Below are positions 12,901 through 25,265 of a DNA stretch of 64,000 bases, in pieces. The DNA lies in NCBI RefSeq assembly GCF_016432865.1, contig NC_067400.1, positions 264,802,001 to 264,866,000 of the forward strand, in the 5' to 3' direction. Position 1 is the first letter of the stretch. Each line of letters begins with the position of its first letter. Below the pieces are notes generated by a model. It had not been told where the DNA came from and searched no databases. It saw only the letters and a list, made by a program, of their open reading frames with translations. A program made the position numbers and the translations under genes. This DNA is from Antechinus flavipes. Lineage: Eukaryota.

Positions 12901-13949
12901 GCCCTTATTATATATTTACTCTCTGACAAGTATTGTGCTAGACACAAAAGTTGTACAGACAAAAACAAATAGTGTAAAACCATAGGAGAAGTAAGGACTA
13001 TGTACCGTGGGAGTTTCTTGATGTAATAAAAAACTTCCAAATTGCCTGGAGAAATACCAGAGTAGTCATACTTGGGAAATTATCAAAAAGAAAGAGAAGA
13101 ACATCAATGAAACATTTTAAAATTACACAGAAGAGAGAAGATAGCTTTATAAGAAGATATCAAAACCAGGAAAGTTTATTACTACCATGTTAAATTTATT
13201 ATTTATTTTCAAAAAACCTTAATGTTTGTATAAGTTCACAGTTTCAGAAAAAAATCTTCTTTTCTGTTCTTTGTCAAGTCAACAAGCAAGTATTAAGTTC
13301 CTATTGTATGCCAGACATTGTTATTTGTATGTTGTAATATTGACATTCCTTGAAAGATTGGAAAAAATTCCAGCTGCACACAAGTTAAAAAAGGTACAAG
13401 TGAAAGTAATGCTTGAAGACCCAACAATCATGAACCATGTAGCAGCTGAGATTGCCTGAAAACCAAAACCAGGCTCCTATTGCTTGCAATTAATAAAATT
13501 TATTCAGAAGAAGAAAGACAAGCAGTTTAGAAGAAATGGACATCCGTTAAACAGGCTCCATGACAACCAGTCTGGGTGTTAACAACCAATATGAGGGATG
13601 ATGCTACAAAACAAGTCCAAGGCTTGAGGGTCACCTTCTAGGATGCTATGTAATTTTCTACTTGAGTTTGAATTGGAGAAGATCAAGCTCAAAGGTCAAG
13701 GAGGCCAGCTGGACCACTGCAGTGTAACGATGGGGCCTACCAGGAAACGCCGCCTATTATCAATATGGTCAGGAGAGACATATATGGACTAAATTTATTT
13801 TATCCAAGCAGTAATACAAACCTCAGCTACACACACACACACATATGTATAGACACAGAGCAAGAGAGAGAGAGAGTGAGAATTAGGTATGTATATGTGG
13901 TTATATGTGGTATGTGTATGTATGTGTGTCTGTGTGTATACCTATTTGT

Positions 13950-14185
13950 ATTTAATATACTTAGCCATCTCTAGGGCAGGAGGGGAGGAAGTTAGGAAAA
14001 AAAGAGAGAGAAAAAAAGAAATGTACATGATAATTCTGTTGTATATTTGAAAGGAATAACAAGTTATGCATAGTGAATTTGCAATTTCTTTTTTAATTTT
14101 ACTATGTTATGGAAATTATTGTTTTATTCTGTAAATATGTTTTAATATAATAAAAAGGGGGGAGGGGAGAAAAAAAAAAAAAAAA
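13950..14185 (+). mobile_element. Old L1 3' UTR with A-tail, preceded by CA/GA/TG simple repeats
   Basis: agggcaggaggggaggaag...gtatatttgaaaggaataacaagttatgcatag...aataaaaa followed by poly-A. Confidence 0.6.
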
Positions 14186-14383
14186 GAACCAGAATCTACT
14201 GAACAGGTATTAGGAAACAAGGAAGGAAACAGATAAAGGAGATCTGGCCAATGATTAGTTTTCTTTAGAGATTTCTATAGAGATTGGGATGGTGAGGGGA
14301 AGTGTTTATTTAGTAGTGTTTGGGAAAAGAAAAAAAAAAGATTTTCTGGGACCATGAGATCTTATTCAAGATTCTATAAATGA

Positions 14384-14529
14384 GGGACAGCTAGGTAGCA
14401 CAGTGGATAGAACATCAACCCTGAAGTCAAGAGGACCTGAGTTCAAATCTGACCTCAGACACTTAACACCTTCTAGCTGTGTGACCCTGGACAAGTCACT
14501 TAACCCCAATTGCCTCAGGGAAAAAAATA
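14384..14529 (+). mobile_element. WSINE1-type SINE with 10-bp TSD
   Basis: TSD ctataaatga at 14374-14383 and 14530-14539. A-box and B-box intact (gcacagtgg, gagttcaaatc). Confidence 0.92.
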
Positions 14530-14579
14530 CTATAAATGATATATTCATTATATATATAAATGCTTCTTTTCTTCCTTTA

Positions 14580-14870
14580 CAGATACTCACTGACTGTGTC
14601 ATCCTGGATAAGTAAACTTACCCAGTGAACTGACCCTCTTTCAGTCTCTTCCTCATTTGTAAAATGAGATTAATTATATAGTGCCTACCTCAATAGGTAT
14701 TGCTGTGAGGGTAAGATAATAATAATATAATATAAAAATCATATAATTAAAACAAATAAAATATATTTTATTATATATAGTCTATATATAATTTTATATA
14801 TTTTATATATAATCTTAAAATAATATAAATAAACTAAATAAATAATATAAAAATATAATAAATCACTTTG
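14580..14870 (+). mobile_element. MIR fragment followed by an AT-only low-complexity tract
   Basis: cagtctcttcctcatttgtaaaatgagattaattatatagtgcctacctcaatagg, then about 140 bp almost entirely A/T. Confidence 0.65.
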
Positions 14871-15811
14871 AATAACTTTAAATACCTCATTAATGGCTAA
14901 TTACAATTATTTTCAGGTTAAAAGTTTCCTTGAAAGTTACTATGGGATCACCAGTACTTCAGTGTTGCCCTCATTCTTCATAGGGGAGAATCATAAGAAA
15001 TAAGAGAAAATTACAAAGAAATTGGAAAACCATTCCACTCCCTTTAGCCAAGGGAGAACAGCAGGCAAAGGCCAGATTTGAGAGGGATTTTCACAGAGAT
15101 TTCACATTTGTGACCGCAAGTTACCAGGAATTCACAGAAATCTTTGTTACTAATGGTTGCCCTTTGGAAGAACTTGGTTTAGTTTTCTCATTTTTGCTTT
15201 CTTTTGTAATATTATGAACTGTGTATTTGCAAGTCAATCACAATATACTGGAGAATATGTGCATATATATTTTCCCAGGTTTCCTGAGTGAAGACTATTA
15301 GCCAAGAGAGTGAGAAAATCCCTCAATGTATTCAAATCCTTCGTGCCTTGAGAATCTCGCAAGGTTATACTTGTGTTAAACATCTCACAGAGGTGCTGTG
15401 AGGAAATTGCTTTGTAAATTGTAAGGAGATATAGAAATGAGGACTATTGTTATAATATTGCTCATTCCCCTTTCCATGATTTTCACTCACAGAGCAGGAG
15501 ATCTGTTAAGGCTGACATATCTTTGTCTAGCAGACTGAAATCAAAAGACATATTGCCAAACAGGCTCATAGCTGTGAGGAAGCAATGACATCATCAGGAG
15601 ATTATTCCTTCCATTCCTTCATTTTTTTTTTATCAGTTCAAAAGATTTTATTTTTTACCAAGGAACTGGATTAGGAACTAGAGAGAAAAAGACAAAATAT
15701 CTCCTACCCTTAAGGAACTTATATTCTAATACGAAAAAACTGTATATACATTAGAAAATTTTAAATGCATACAAATCAAATAAAGAGTAATTTCTAAAAG
15801 GAAGGAAAGGT

Positions 15812-16050
15812 AGATGGGCAGTGGCTAGAGCACCAACTCTGGAGTTAAGAACTCTTCTTCTTGAATTCAAATCTAATCTCAGACACTTTCTAGCTGTGTG
15901 ATCAATCCTAAGCAAGTCACTCATTCTTGTTTGCCTCAGTTTCCTCATCTGTAAAAATCTGGAAAAGGAAATGGAAAAATGCTCCAGTATCTTTGCCAAG
16001 TAAATCCCAAATGGGGTCACAAAGAGTCTGAAATGATTGAACAGCAACAA
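15812..16050 (+). mobile_element. Mar1-type CORE-SINE
   Basis: gtagatgggcagtggctagagcacc head to aaatggggtcacaaagagtctgaaatgattgaacagcaac tail. Confidence 0.88.
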
Positions 16051-17842
16051 AATTTCTAAAGGGAAGATCAATAGCAAATAGAGAAAATGAGGATGCATAT
16101 GATTTTGAGAAAGGAGGTAGCACTTGGCCAAAACCTTGAAGGAAGCTGGAAATTTTAAGGACTTCAAGAGGGAGTGCATTCTAGTATAGAGGATATATCG
16201 CCTCTGCAATGACAGAGATGGGAGGTAGAATGCCAGTAGGAAAGGAGCAGAGGTGTGAAAGGGGCATGGTGTGACTAGAATGTTGAGTGGTGGAAGAAAT
16301 GTCACATGTAATAGGCCTAAAAAAAAATAGGCTGGAGCTAGATTAGGAACTGCTTAAAATGTCAAACAGAAGAGTTTGGATTTCACAACCCATCTTCACC
16401 TGCTCTGTTCCTAGGCAATTTTTCCCTGTTGTTTTCCCACAAAGCCTCCATGGCCGAACTGCCCAAGGTCTTCTTTTTGTTCTTTTAGCATTTAAAGCAA
16501 GGGGGATAGCTCTCAGTTTATTTATTCCTACAAGGCCAGTTCACTTTCTTTACATCCTGCATTGCTAATATATTCAAATCACTTCCAAAGCCCCAGCTCT
16601 ACCTGGAATCTTTCACGATGAAACTGGGAAATAAAGCATTCCTTGTTTTGCCCACATTAACTGTTTTTAACTAAACATCATATCTGGGGGAAATTTTGCT
16701 ATTGTCAGAGGCTTTGACATGTATTGCTTCCTCCTAGAAATCAAATAGACACCTCTACTCAAGCCTATCCATAGCTGCCAACTTCCTCAGAGTATGGTAG
16801 ATTATTTGACTAAGTACTGATTAAATAATGACCTGTTAATACCACATTTTGTTGAAAAGCAAATAGCACAAGCAAGTATAGGATCCAGTTTGTCCAGAAT
16901 GACATTTTAAGAGTTTCCTGTGGGGGATTCAGTCCAGCTGGGAGTAGAAATAGGGTGATATTTATAAAGGGTCCTTTCAGGAGGTATAATAAGAAATAAT
17001 ATATAATAACATAACACATGAAATATTATATATTTTGTATTCTAATTTCTATAAGAATATCATATAATATATGACAGTATATGATATATATTATATGGCA
17101 TAATATATTATGTTATAATATCATAACAAGGAAACTCAGAAAAAGACTACCTAAAGTTTTGAATCTGTTTCCAGATAACAGAGTATGTGTCAACACAAAT
17201 ATTTCTGGCTTACCTATAATATTATAGGCATATCATATATTATAAAATATTGTAGATGCTGCCACCCATTTCTGATGAGAAGGTTAGTTTTAGGGAATCT
17301 CTATAAAAAGACACATCCTCACATATTCATTCCCAAACATTTTCTTCTCTCTCAACACTTACTTATTCAGTATTCTTAGAAATATTTCTTTGACATTTAT
17401 GAACAAATAGGTTTTACCTCAAGCCTAGGACCTTCTGTAGACAGGGGCAAATGCTGGAAGAATATGGCAGATGCCAAATTTCAAGAGACACAGAATATTA
17501 CAAACCTGGAATTGGAGATTCAGAGAGTTTCCTCCGTGTGCACTTTGAGATTTCCTTATGCTCTAAAAATGATAAGACAGGCTCCAAAGATATTGCAATG
17601 AACATAGGAGAAATATCTCTCAGATAATAGAAATTGAGACAAGACCAAAAGACCATAAGTAGTCTATAGAAAAGGAAACAAGATGTCTCCTAAACAAGAC
17701 CTCTCCCAATCTGCAACTATGACTTCCCCAATCAAACATCGATCCAAACCCTGTGACTGATACCAGTTACAGTACTTTTGGCATTCTGTCCCCTTACAAT
17801 TCAGCTAGACTTCTGAATGTTGGTAATCACTTGTGATCTTAC

Positions 17843-17958
17843 CTGAAGCCAAGTTCCAGGACAAGGTGATGGTTTATCAGGGCAGCACCTTGAACTCTAG
17901 AATGATTTCCTTATTCTAATCCCTGGGTACATCGTTTGATTGCATAAAGAGAAAACAC
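17843..17958 (-). other. Candidate 116-nt non-coding exon
   Basis: Minus-strand acceptor tcaattttttccttag|GTG and donor TTCAG|gtaaga are both near consensus. All three frames contain stops. No transcript evidence. Confidence 0.3.
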
Positions 17959-18629
17959 CTAAGGAAAAAATTGATTGATAGTCTTGATTAAATTTCTTTA
18001 TCCAGTTTTTTTTCCCTCTTCTTTTTACAAATGACCTTAGTTTATACATGGAGAGAAGAGATGGAACACTACTTTCCTAGAAATCTAGAGTCTCTGAATG
18101 GAAATAAGAAATGATTCCAAACATACACCAGGTCCTCTATGGATGGCGATATCAAAAAGATGGAAATTTTTGTCTTCTATCTCAAATCCAATGAGCAACT
18201 TCAAAGAAATCAAGAGTTTAACTCTCCAATAACCCAGTCAATTTATTTCAAGATACTATAAGGCTCTCAGTGTGGAAAAAGTGGATTTCTAGAGCTCTTC
18301 AACATCTGTTTCCAGCAATTATAATGTGCTTCTTTTTTTTCATTAAAAGAAACATCTGGTGAAACACAAAGATAAATTTCTTTTAAAAAAGATTATTTGT
18401 GTCTTTACCAATGAGGATGCTAAAGAAAATAAATTCCCTTCTACCATATAAAGAGATTTTTCTTTTTGGTTAGAATGTGGAGAGTCTATTTTAAAAATAA
18501 AATTTAAATGTCCTGGTCTTTTTAGCAAATGTATGATATGTCAGCAATTTTTTTTCTGATTGTTGACTGTGATCATGTAGGAAAAAGAGGTGTTTTCTAC
18601 TTAATTAATCATCTTCTAAAGTGATATTA

Positions 18630-18860
18630 TAGATTTAGGGCTTGAAGGAATCTTAGATATCAATTAATTCAACATCATGAAGATCTGAATTCAAATCCTC
18701 CTTCAGAAACTTAGTGACCTTGAACAAATAACTTCTCTGATCTTTTGTTTTCTCATCTATAAAATGAAGCTAATAGCAGCACTTATGTCCCAATGTTATG
18801 AGGATCAAACAAGAGAATGTATATAAAGTACTTTATGAACCCCAATGTGCTTTATGTATC
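18630..18860 (+). mobile_element. MIR elements (two nested fragments)
   Basis: gaagatctgaattcaaatcctccttcagaaacttagtgaccttgaac...ttctcatctataaaatgaagctaatagcagcac. Confidence 0.7.
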
Positions 18861-19149
18861 ATTTGTTGTTACCCATTTTTCATTTTACTTCTCCTTTCAT
18901 TTGCATGGGGCCTTCCACAGAGTAGAGGCTTAATCAATGTTCTGTTGAATTACATCAAATAGAATTATATTTGCAAGCAAAAGTCCAGTACCTGTTTTGC
19001 ATGAATAGGATTATTTGATGTTATCATCTTATGAAGCTCCCAGTCTATAAATGCAGTTGACTCATAGCTAATGTTAAAGATATCATGAAAAAATATCAAT
19101 AACAGCTCTTTTGTATTAGTCCAAAACTGAGGACAAAAGGACTGCTCAC

Positions 19150-19700
19150 CTTATAGGAAATGAATAAACCAATTGTGATATTTGAATAGAATATTGTTGT
19201 GCCATAAGAAACAACGAAATGGATAGTTTCAAAAGAAACTAGGAAGATGTATGAACTGATGCAAAGGGAAGTAAATACAACTAGAAAAACAATTTATACA
19301 AAAATGATAGCAGTATTATCAAGAAAAAAATTGGAGAGATATTACAATGTTGATGAAAGCAATGATATGTCATAAATCCAAAGGACTGAAGATTACTTGT
19401 ACTACCTACCTTAAAATCCAGAAAGATATCTGCATATTTGAACTTGGTCAATGTAGAAATTTGTTTTGCTCAACAATGAATTTTGTTGTAATAGTTTTTG
19501 TTGTTTGTTGTTTTTTTTTTTTAATTGGGGCAATTGGAGGAGGAATTTGGGGAAAAAAAGTTGTTGTTGTTTTTTTTTTTTAACAAGATAATGTAAGGTT
19601 TGTTTTAAAGCCCCTATTTTCCCCTTTTTTGGAGAAGCTAGTAAAGAGAGAAATGTAAGAAAGCATACCAAATAAGGTTTTTAAAGTTCTAAAAAAATTA
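19150..19700 (+). mobile_element. Old L1 ORF2 end / 3' UTR
   Basis: aataaaccaattgtgatatttgaatagaatattgttgtgccataagaaacaacgaaatgg...atgaactgatgcaaagggaagt is the decayed equivalent of the L1 ORF2 C-terminus at 55480-55600. Confidence 0.75.
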
Positions 19701-19704
19701 TTTC

Positions 19705-19930
19705 AAAGTATTTCTCATTAGATCCTCACAGCAACCTATGAAATAGGTAGCACAAATCATCAGAAATCATCTAGGTCTTTTTTACAAATGAGAAAAGTGA
19801 GGAAAGTGAACATATATTGCAAACTTCAGAGATAGGATTTGAATTCATGTTCTCTGACTATAGACACTGTGCTCTTTCCATTTGTACCAAATGGTAATTA
19901 TTTACCTTATTTTAGAGTTGGAGAAATGGA
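19705..19930 (-). mobile_element. MIR fragments
   Basis: ctcattagatcctcacagcaacctatgaaataggtag...ttttacaaatgagaaaagtgagg...ggatttgaattc. Confidence 0.65.
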
Positions 19931-20051
19931 AGTATTGTGAGATTTAAGAGCTTAAATAAATCAGAATAACAGAACAGGAGCTCCTACTCTAGTTTCCTAA
20001 CTCCTAGATTGATTTTTTTTTCAATAACATGCATTTAATTATCCTACTAGA

Positions 20052-20290
20052 GCAGTAGGAGATGCCATAGTGCACAGAGCACTGGGGCCTGATGTCAGGA
20101 GAACTCATTTCCCTGAGTTCAAATCTGGCCTCAGACATTTACTAGCTATGTGACCCTGGATAAGTAAAGTAACCCTGTTTGCCTCAGTTTCTGTAAAATG
20201 AGTTGAAGAAGGAAATGGCAAACTACTCCACTATTTTTGCCAAGAAAAGCCCAATTGGGAGATGACTAAAATTACTGAACAACAAAATTT
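20052..20290 (+). mobile_element. Mar1-type CORE-SINE
   Basis: gtaggagatgccatagtgcacagagcactgggg...gagttcaaatctggcctcagac...gaaggaaatggcaaactactcc. Confidence 0.88.
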
Positions 20291-20519
20291 ATAGAAAAGT
20301 ACTGATGTCCCATATCCTGTCAACTGAGGAAAGTGGAATCTCCTCCATGTATCCCCTTTTAAAAAAAATTCTATAGACATGTCTCAGCTACTACAATAGC
20401 CTCATCTTTGATTATGGCAGTCAATTCTAAATGTTTTGGAAATGCCTGTATATTCTGGAGTTCTATTTTCTATTCTCCCTTTTTTAGAAAGGAAGGAAGA
20501 AAACAAGCACCTACGAAAT

Positions 20520-20980
20520 GCAGTCACTGGGTTGAGTGCCTTGTAAATATGATCTCATTTGATCCTCACAACAATCTGAAAGGTAAATGCCATTATTATT
20601 CCAGGTTTATAGTTGAGATAGAAATTAAGTTGATAGTCAAGGGTTACCCAGTGATTTAAGTGTCTAAGGTCAGGTCCAGCATTCTATCTACTGTCCTATC
20701 TAGTTCATTCAATTTGAAAATATCCCCAAATATTAATGCTGTTGTAATTGAGTCATTTTGGACATGGCCAGCTCTTTATGATCCCATTTAGGTTTTCTTG
20801 GCAAAGATATTAGAATGGTTTGCCATTTTCTTCTCCAACTCACTTTATAAATGAAGAAATTGGCAAACAGGAATAAATGACTTAGCTAGTGAGTTTGTGA
20901 AGCCATATTTGAACACAAGATGAGTCTCTCTGACTCTAAGCCCAGCACTCTATCCATCTTGCCACTTAGAGGCCCCAGAT
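20520..20980 (-). mobile_element. MIR fragment (about 20520-20700) and Mar1-type SINE (about 20755-20980)
   Basis: atctcatttgatcctcacaacaatc; ttttcttggcaaagatattagaatggtttgccattttcttctcc. Confidence 0.75.
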
Positions 20981-21559
20981 ATAATTTACAAAAAAGTATA
21001 TTTTAGTTGTCCTTCATAAGAGATCAATCTGACCGTGTTCTGTATTTGTGTATGTGTATATGTGTAGGTATGTGTGTAGTCATCAGCAGCAGCATCCTTA
21101 AAAGGAAATAATAACAATTCTATAAAGTTCTTCCAGAATTAGTCTGAGAAAGTTGAGCAGTCTCAGAAAAAAGCAGAATTTAAGAAAGAAAGAAAAAAAA
21201 AATAAGGCTGTATAGATGTGTAATATGAGTCTTATAAGAAGGTTAATGTTGATTTCTAGAGATTCTTCCTGTTGTAAAATTCGTGATTCTGTGATTATTC
21301 CTCCCAATTACATTGGTTCTATTTGAAAACTTCACACCTTCATTTCAAAGATGATGATGGCTGATCAGCTCAGGTCAAATAAACTTAAACTGACTTAAGC
21401 CAGAGAGAGGTTCCCTCTAACAAGAATGACCAAATATACTGGTCTGAAGTATACTGGACTGGCCACATGGATTATTAAGGCAGTTATCCCAGGCCCTGAG
21501 GACAACAATGCACAATTTAGAACCCAATGTGTGACGCAGGGACAAGCTGACATTCAAAC

Positions 21560-21775
21560 ATAACTCTTTTTGAATTTGTATTTGAATCCTACCTCTGAAT
21601 GATGTTGTAGGATCATGAACAAATCCTTTAGTCTTTCTGAATTTCAGTTTTCTCATCTTTAAGGTGGGCATAATTATACTTACAGGTACCTCCTTATAGG
21701 ATGTTGTGAGGTTGAAATACAATAATGTATTTAAAGTGCTTTGTAAACATTAATTTAATGTCAGCTACTATTATC
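21560..21775 (+). mobile_element. MIR
   Basis: ttcagttttctcatctttaaggtgggcataattatacttacaggtacctccttataggatgttgtgagg...aaagtgctttgtaaac. Confidence 0.75.
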
Positions 21776-22950
21776 ATATGAATTTGTTCACCTACTAATG
21801 TAGTTATTCTCTTTTGAGGAGAGTCAGGATTTAGGTGTAGCAATATTTATCATGCCTTAACATGAATTAAAGTTAGATTTCCCTAATGTGACTCACTGCT
21901 GTTCATAGGTATTGCTAGATGGCCAGAGAAACAGCAGTCAGATGATGCAATGTCAATGTCTTTTAGAAATCTGAGAAGATGAGGAAAGAAGAGACAACCA
22001 ACTCACCTTGATGACCTCAATCAAAGTTCTTGCTAACCTTTTACCTACAGTGTATTGCTAAACCAGACAGCCTTATCTATTGATAAGCTCCTGCTTCATT
22101 CTAGCTAAAAGCCCAGCAGATTGGTTGGTGATGGCAGCTACCCAGAGACAAACCAAACTGTATGGCTGGATAATTTGAGAAAGGAATGCTTTAACCTAAC
22201 TGCTCTGGTCTTGCAACCTTATAGAATGAAAAGGACATAAAATTAACAGCTCTGTTTCTACTGAAGTGAAGCAGGGAAATAATTTCTGGCCTTCTTCACA
22301 CCTTAAATATCATAAGCATATTTCTTAAATATAAATGCAATTCCCACAAGCAACTTCTAAATTGCAAGGAGTCTGTAGAAGGAGGAAGATCCATTAAAAT
22401 GAAGAGACCCTTTCTGAAAATATATTTGGGAGTCCAGAATTTAATTTTTAAATTTTTTTATTTAAAAATTATCATAAACAACTATCAATAAAATAAATTG
22501 TCAAATAAACACATAAACCAAGGAATAAAAAATTATGGATATAGGTGAGAAGGTAGGGATTAAAAAAGGCGAAAAGCCTTGTGCAATATAAGCACTTTTG
22601 TGTCCCTCCCCCAATCAAGGGGAGATTCTGTGGGTAATCTAAGCTTTCCAGGACTTGTGATCCCCAGAATCCTTCCTCTCCAGTTCTAGACAATATTATG
22701 AAATCATTAACTTCTTTAAGTCCCATGTTAAGGACAGTTTACAATTTTATCCTTTTTTTCTGAGATAACAGATAGGAGACTGATTATTAGGTTAAGTTTT
22801 TAAAAAATAGACTTTCTATTGTCACCTAGTGTCTTCTGAAACCAGTCTCATTGAACCCAGTAGCATAGACATATTTTATTAATGAACCCTTTCTGGAGGT
22901 TTCATAATTCCCACAGTGAATAGTTCAAAAGAAGCCCTTAAAACATTGTC

Positions 22951-22983
22951 CAGGTGAGTTTCTAATTCTTGACAACTCACCTG
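22951..22983. promoter_or_regulatory. Perfect 10-bp inverted repeat carrying two E2-boxes (CAGGTG/CACCTG), also a consensus 5' splice site on each strand
   Basis: caggtgagtt (22951-22960), 13-nt spacer, aactcacctg (22974-22983). The repeat is certain; function is inferred. Confidence 0.35.
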
Positions 22984-23329
22984 CTGGGTTCCAGGCTTTA
23001 TTTATGGGCTTAAGTAAAGGGTTTCTCAAGTTTTCTAAGATCAGATGTACAAACCAAAGGGAAGCAGAAGCTATTTGGCTATTTAGGTTTTTGAGGCTGT
23101 AGTCACTGAAATTGGATAAACCCAGACAAAAGATACAAAAGATCCCAGGTTTAAACCAGTTCAAACCTTTCTTTTTTATAGATGAGAAAAATGAGACCAG
23201 GAGAGATTATATTGAAAACCTTCAAACAAAGTAGAATCAAATATAATTTAAGGACAATTCTCTCTTCACTTTCTGGAATAAATGAAGAGTTCCTAAATGC
23301 AGCAAACTCTGCAAGAACAGGAAGGAGAA

Positions 23330-23510
23330 AATTGAAAGAATCCTTACAAGAAAAAAACAAAGTAAATGAGAACATCAACTCACCAGAAATTAAAATATAC
23401 TTCAAATGCTCAATAACTAGATAAATGTAAATTAAAACAGTTGTAAGGTTTTGCCTCACACCATACAATTTAGGAAAGATTAAAACAAAATTTAAAAATG
23501 GTTGATGTTG
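23330..23510 (+). mobile_element. Decayed L1 ORF2 C-terminal fragment
   Basis: aaatgtaaattaaaacagttgtaaggttttgcctcacacc...gatgttgga corresponds to EMQIKTTLR.HLTP...CW. Confidence 0.5.
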
Positions 23511-23947
23511 GAAATATATATATATAGTTGGCCAGAGTCAAGTAGGCAGATTTGGTATCTCAGATTTGATATTAGAATTAAATGAAACACGTGGAGATAC
23601 GGCAATAAACAAAAAAAGAAGATTTATTTAGCTATAACAGAAGAAGAATAATATTTAGGAAGAATGTTCAGCAGCAATACTCAGTTGATTCAACGGAGTA
23701 AAGCTCCCTGGTCATTTGGTTTCCAATGGTAATACACTAGTTAAGCATGAGAGAACAGTTGGATTATGTTTTTTGTTTTTTTTTTTTGCTCACATGCCCA
23801 GGAAACCATATCAATAAATTTAGTCCCTAATCCCTGAAACAGGTAAATCTCAAGGATAGTACAGTATCTTTTTTAGGGGGAAAAAAATAGACCAAACTGT
23901 ATAGACAGAGCTTTAGGATTTTTGCTCCCACCACATCCCACCCCTTG

Positions 23948-24170
23948 GTGTGCAGTCATTCAGTGATGTCTGATTCTTCATGATCTCTTTTGGGTTTTTT
24001 TTGGCAGAGAGATTGGAATGACTTGCCATTTTCTTCTCCAGCTCATTTTACAGATGAGGAAACTAAAGTAACAGTTTTATGTGACTTGGGCAGAATCACA
24101 TAGAAAATAAGTATCTAAGGTTAGATTTGACCTCAAGAAGATGTTTTTCTGATTCAAAGCCACTGGTGTT
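23948..24170 (-). mobile_element. Mar1-type CORE-SINE
   Basis: cagtcattcagtgatgtctgattcttcatg...ttgccattttcttctccagctcattttacagatgaggaaac. Confidence 0.85.
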
Positions 24171-24794
24171 CTGGAAGATCATTTACTATTTAAATGGCTT
24201 TTGAGCTGTTACTGGACAACCCCAACTTTGGCATTCAATAAACCTATATAAGATAGCAAGAGAAGAAGAAGAAATACAACAGAGAGATTTAAAAACAAAA
24301 CAAAAAACCCTAATAGAAAACAAATACCGAAAGTAGACAATAATTGAATGCTGAATATGGGAGGATAAAGACCCCAAATTCTAAGCCTTTTCTCTCCCTT
24401 CACAAAGACTAAGCCTTAGATCTAAACAGTCATAAGTAATCCCAGCTCTTTGTAGTTCACAGTAAGCTTCTGATGTAAAGAAGTGACCACAAGCAGGAAG
24501 AGAGTAGGACCATCAGGGCTACAATGAACATAAATATACTTTCACTGATTCTCATCATGGACCAGATCAGCTGGAGTACAGTGGATAATAGATCATTCCT
24601 TTTTTGCATTCAGTCTGACCCAGTACAAGGGTTGATAACAAGAATTTTCTTGTGCCAACACAGACTTCATCTTTCTTTGCTGAGAACCTTCTCTTTGAGA
24701 TCCCAAGGAAGAAGGGAGAATATCCTTTGTTCCTTAAGAGACTTTTTCTGAAGGACTTCTTTCCTGGCCTACAAGAAGGTGCTCATCAGGCTGA

Positions 24795-25265
24795 TTTCAG
24801 AAAGGCCTGGAACTGATGCTGAGTGAAGTGAGCAGAACTAGGAGAACATTGTACACAATGGACAAAAAGATAATGTGATGATCAATTCTGATGGATGTGG
24901 CTCTTCTGAACAATGAGGTGATTTAAGGCAATTCTCATAGACTTGGAATGGAGAGAACCTTCTGCATACAGAGAGAAAATTTTGGATACTGAATGTGGAT
25001 CAGTATTTTCACCTTTTGGAGGAGTCTATTCATTTTTTTCTTGTTTTTTTTTTTTCCTTCTTAGTCTGATTTTCTATGCATAACATGACAAATATTGAAA
25101 TATATTTAAAAGAATTACACATTTAAACTATATCATATTGCTTGCTGTCGTGAGGAGAAAGGGAAGGGAAGGAAGGAGAAAAATTTAAAACACAAAGTCT
25201 TACAAAAATGACTGTTGAAAACTATCTTTGCATGTATTTGGAAAAATAAAATACTATTGGAAAAA
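24795..25265 (+). mobile_element. Older marsupial L1 3' end
   Basis: gaactgatgctgagtgaagtgagcagaactaggagaacattgtacac...ctgatggatgtggctcttc...aaataaaatactatt. Confidence 0.85.

Noticed and set aside
15751-16305. 184-aa minus-strand ORF
   Set aside because: Reads antisense through a Mar1 SINE and an L2 fragment; no coherent protein.
17464-17601. 45-aa ORF with good Kozak context (MADAKFQETQ...)
   Set aside because: Short, no homology recognised, no supporting promoter or splice structure.
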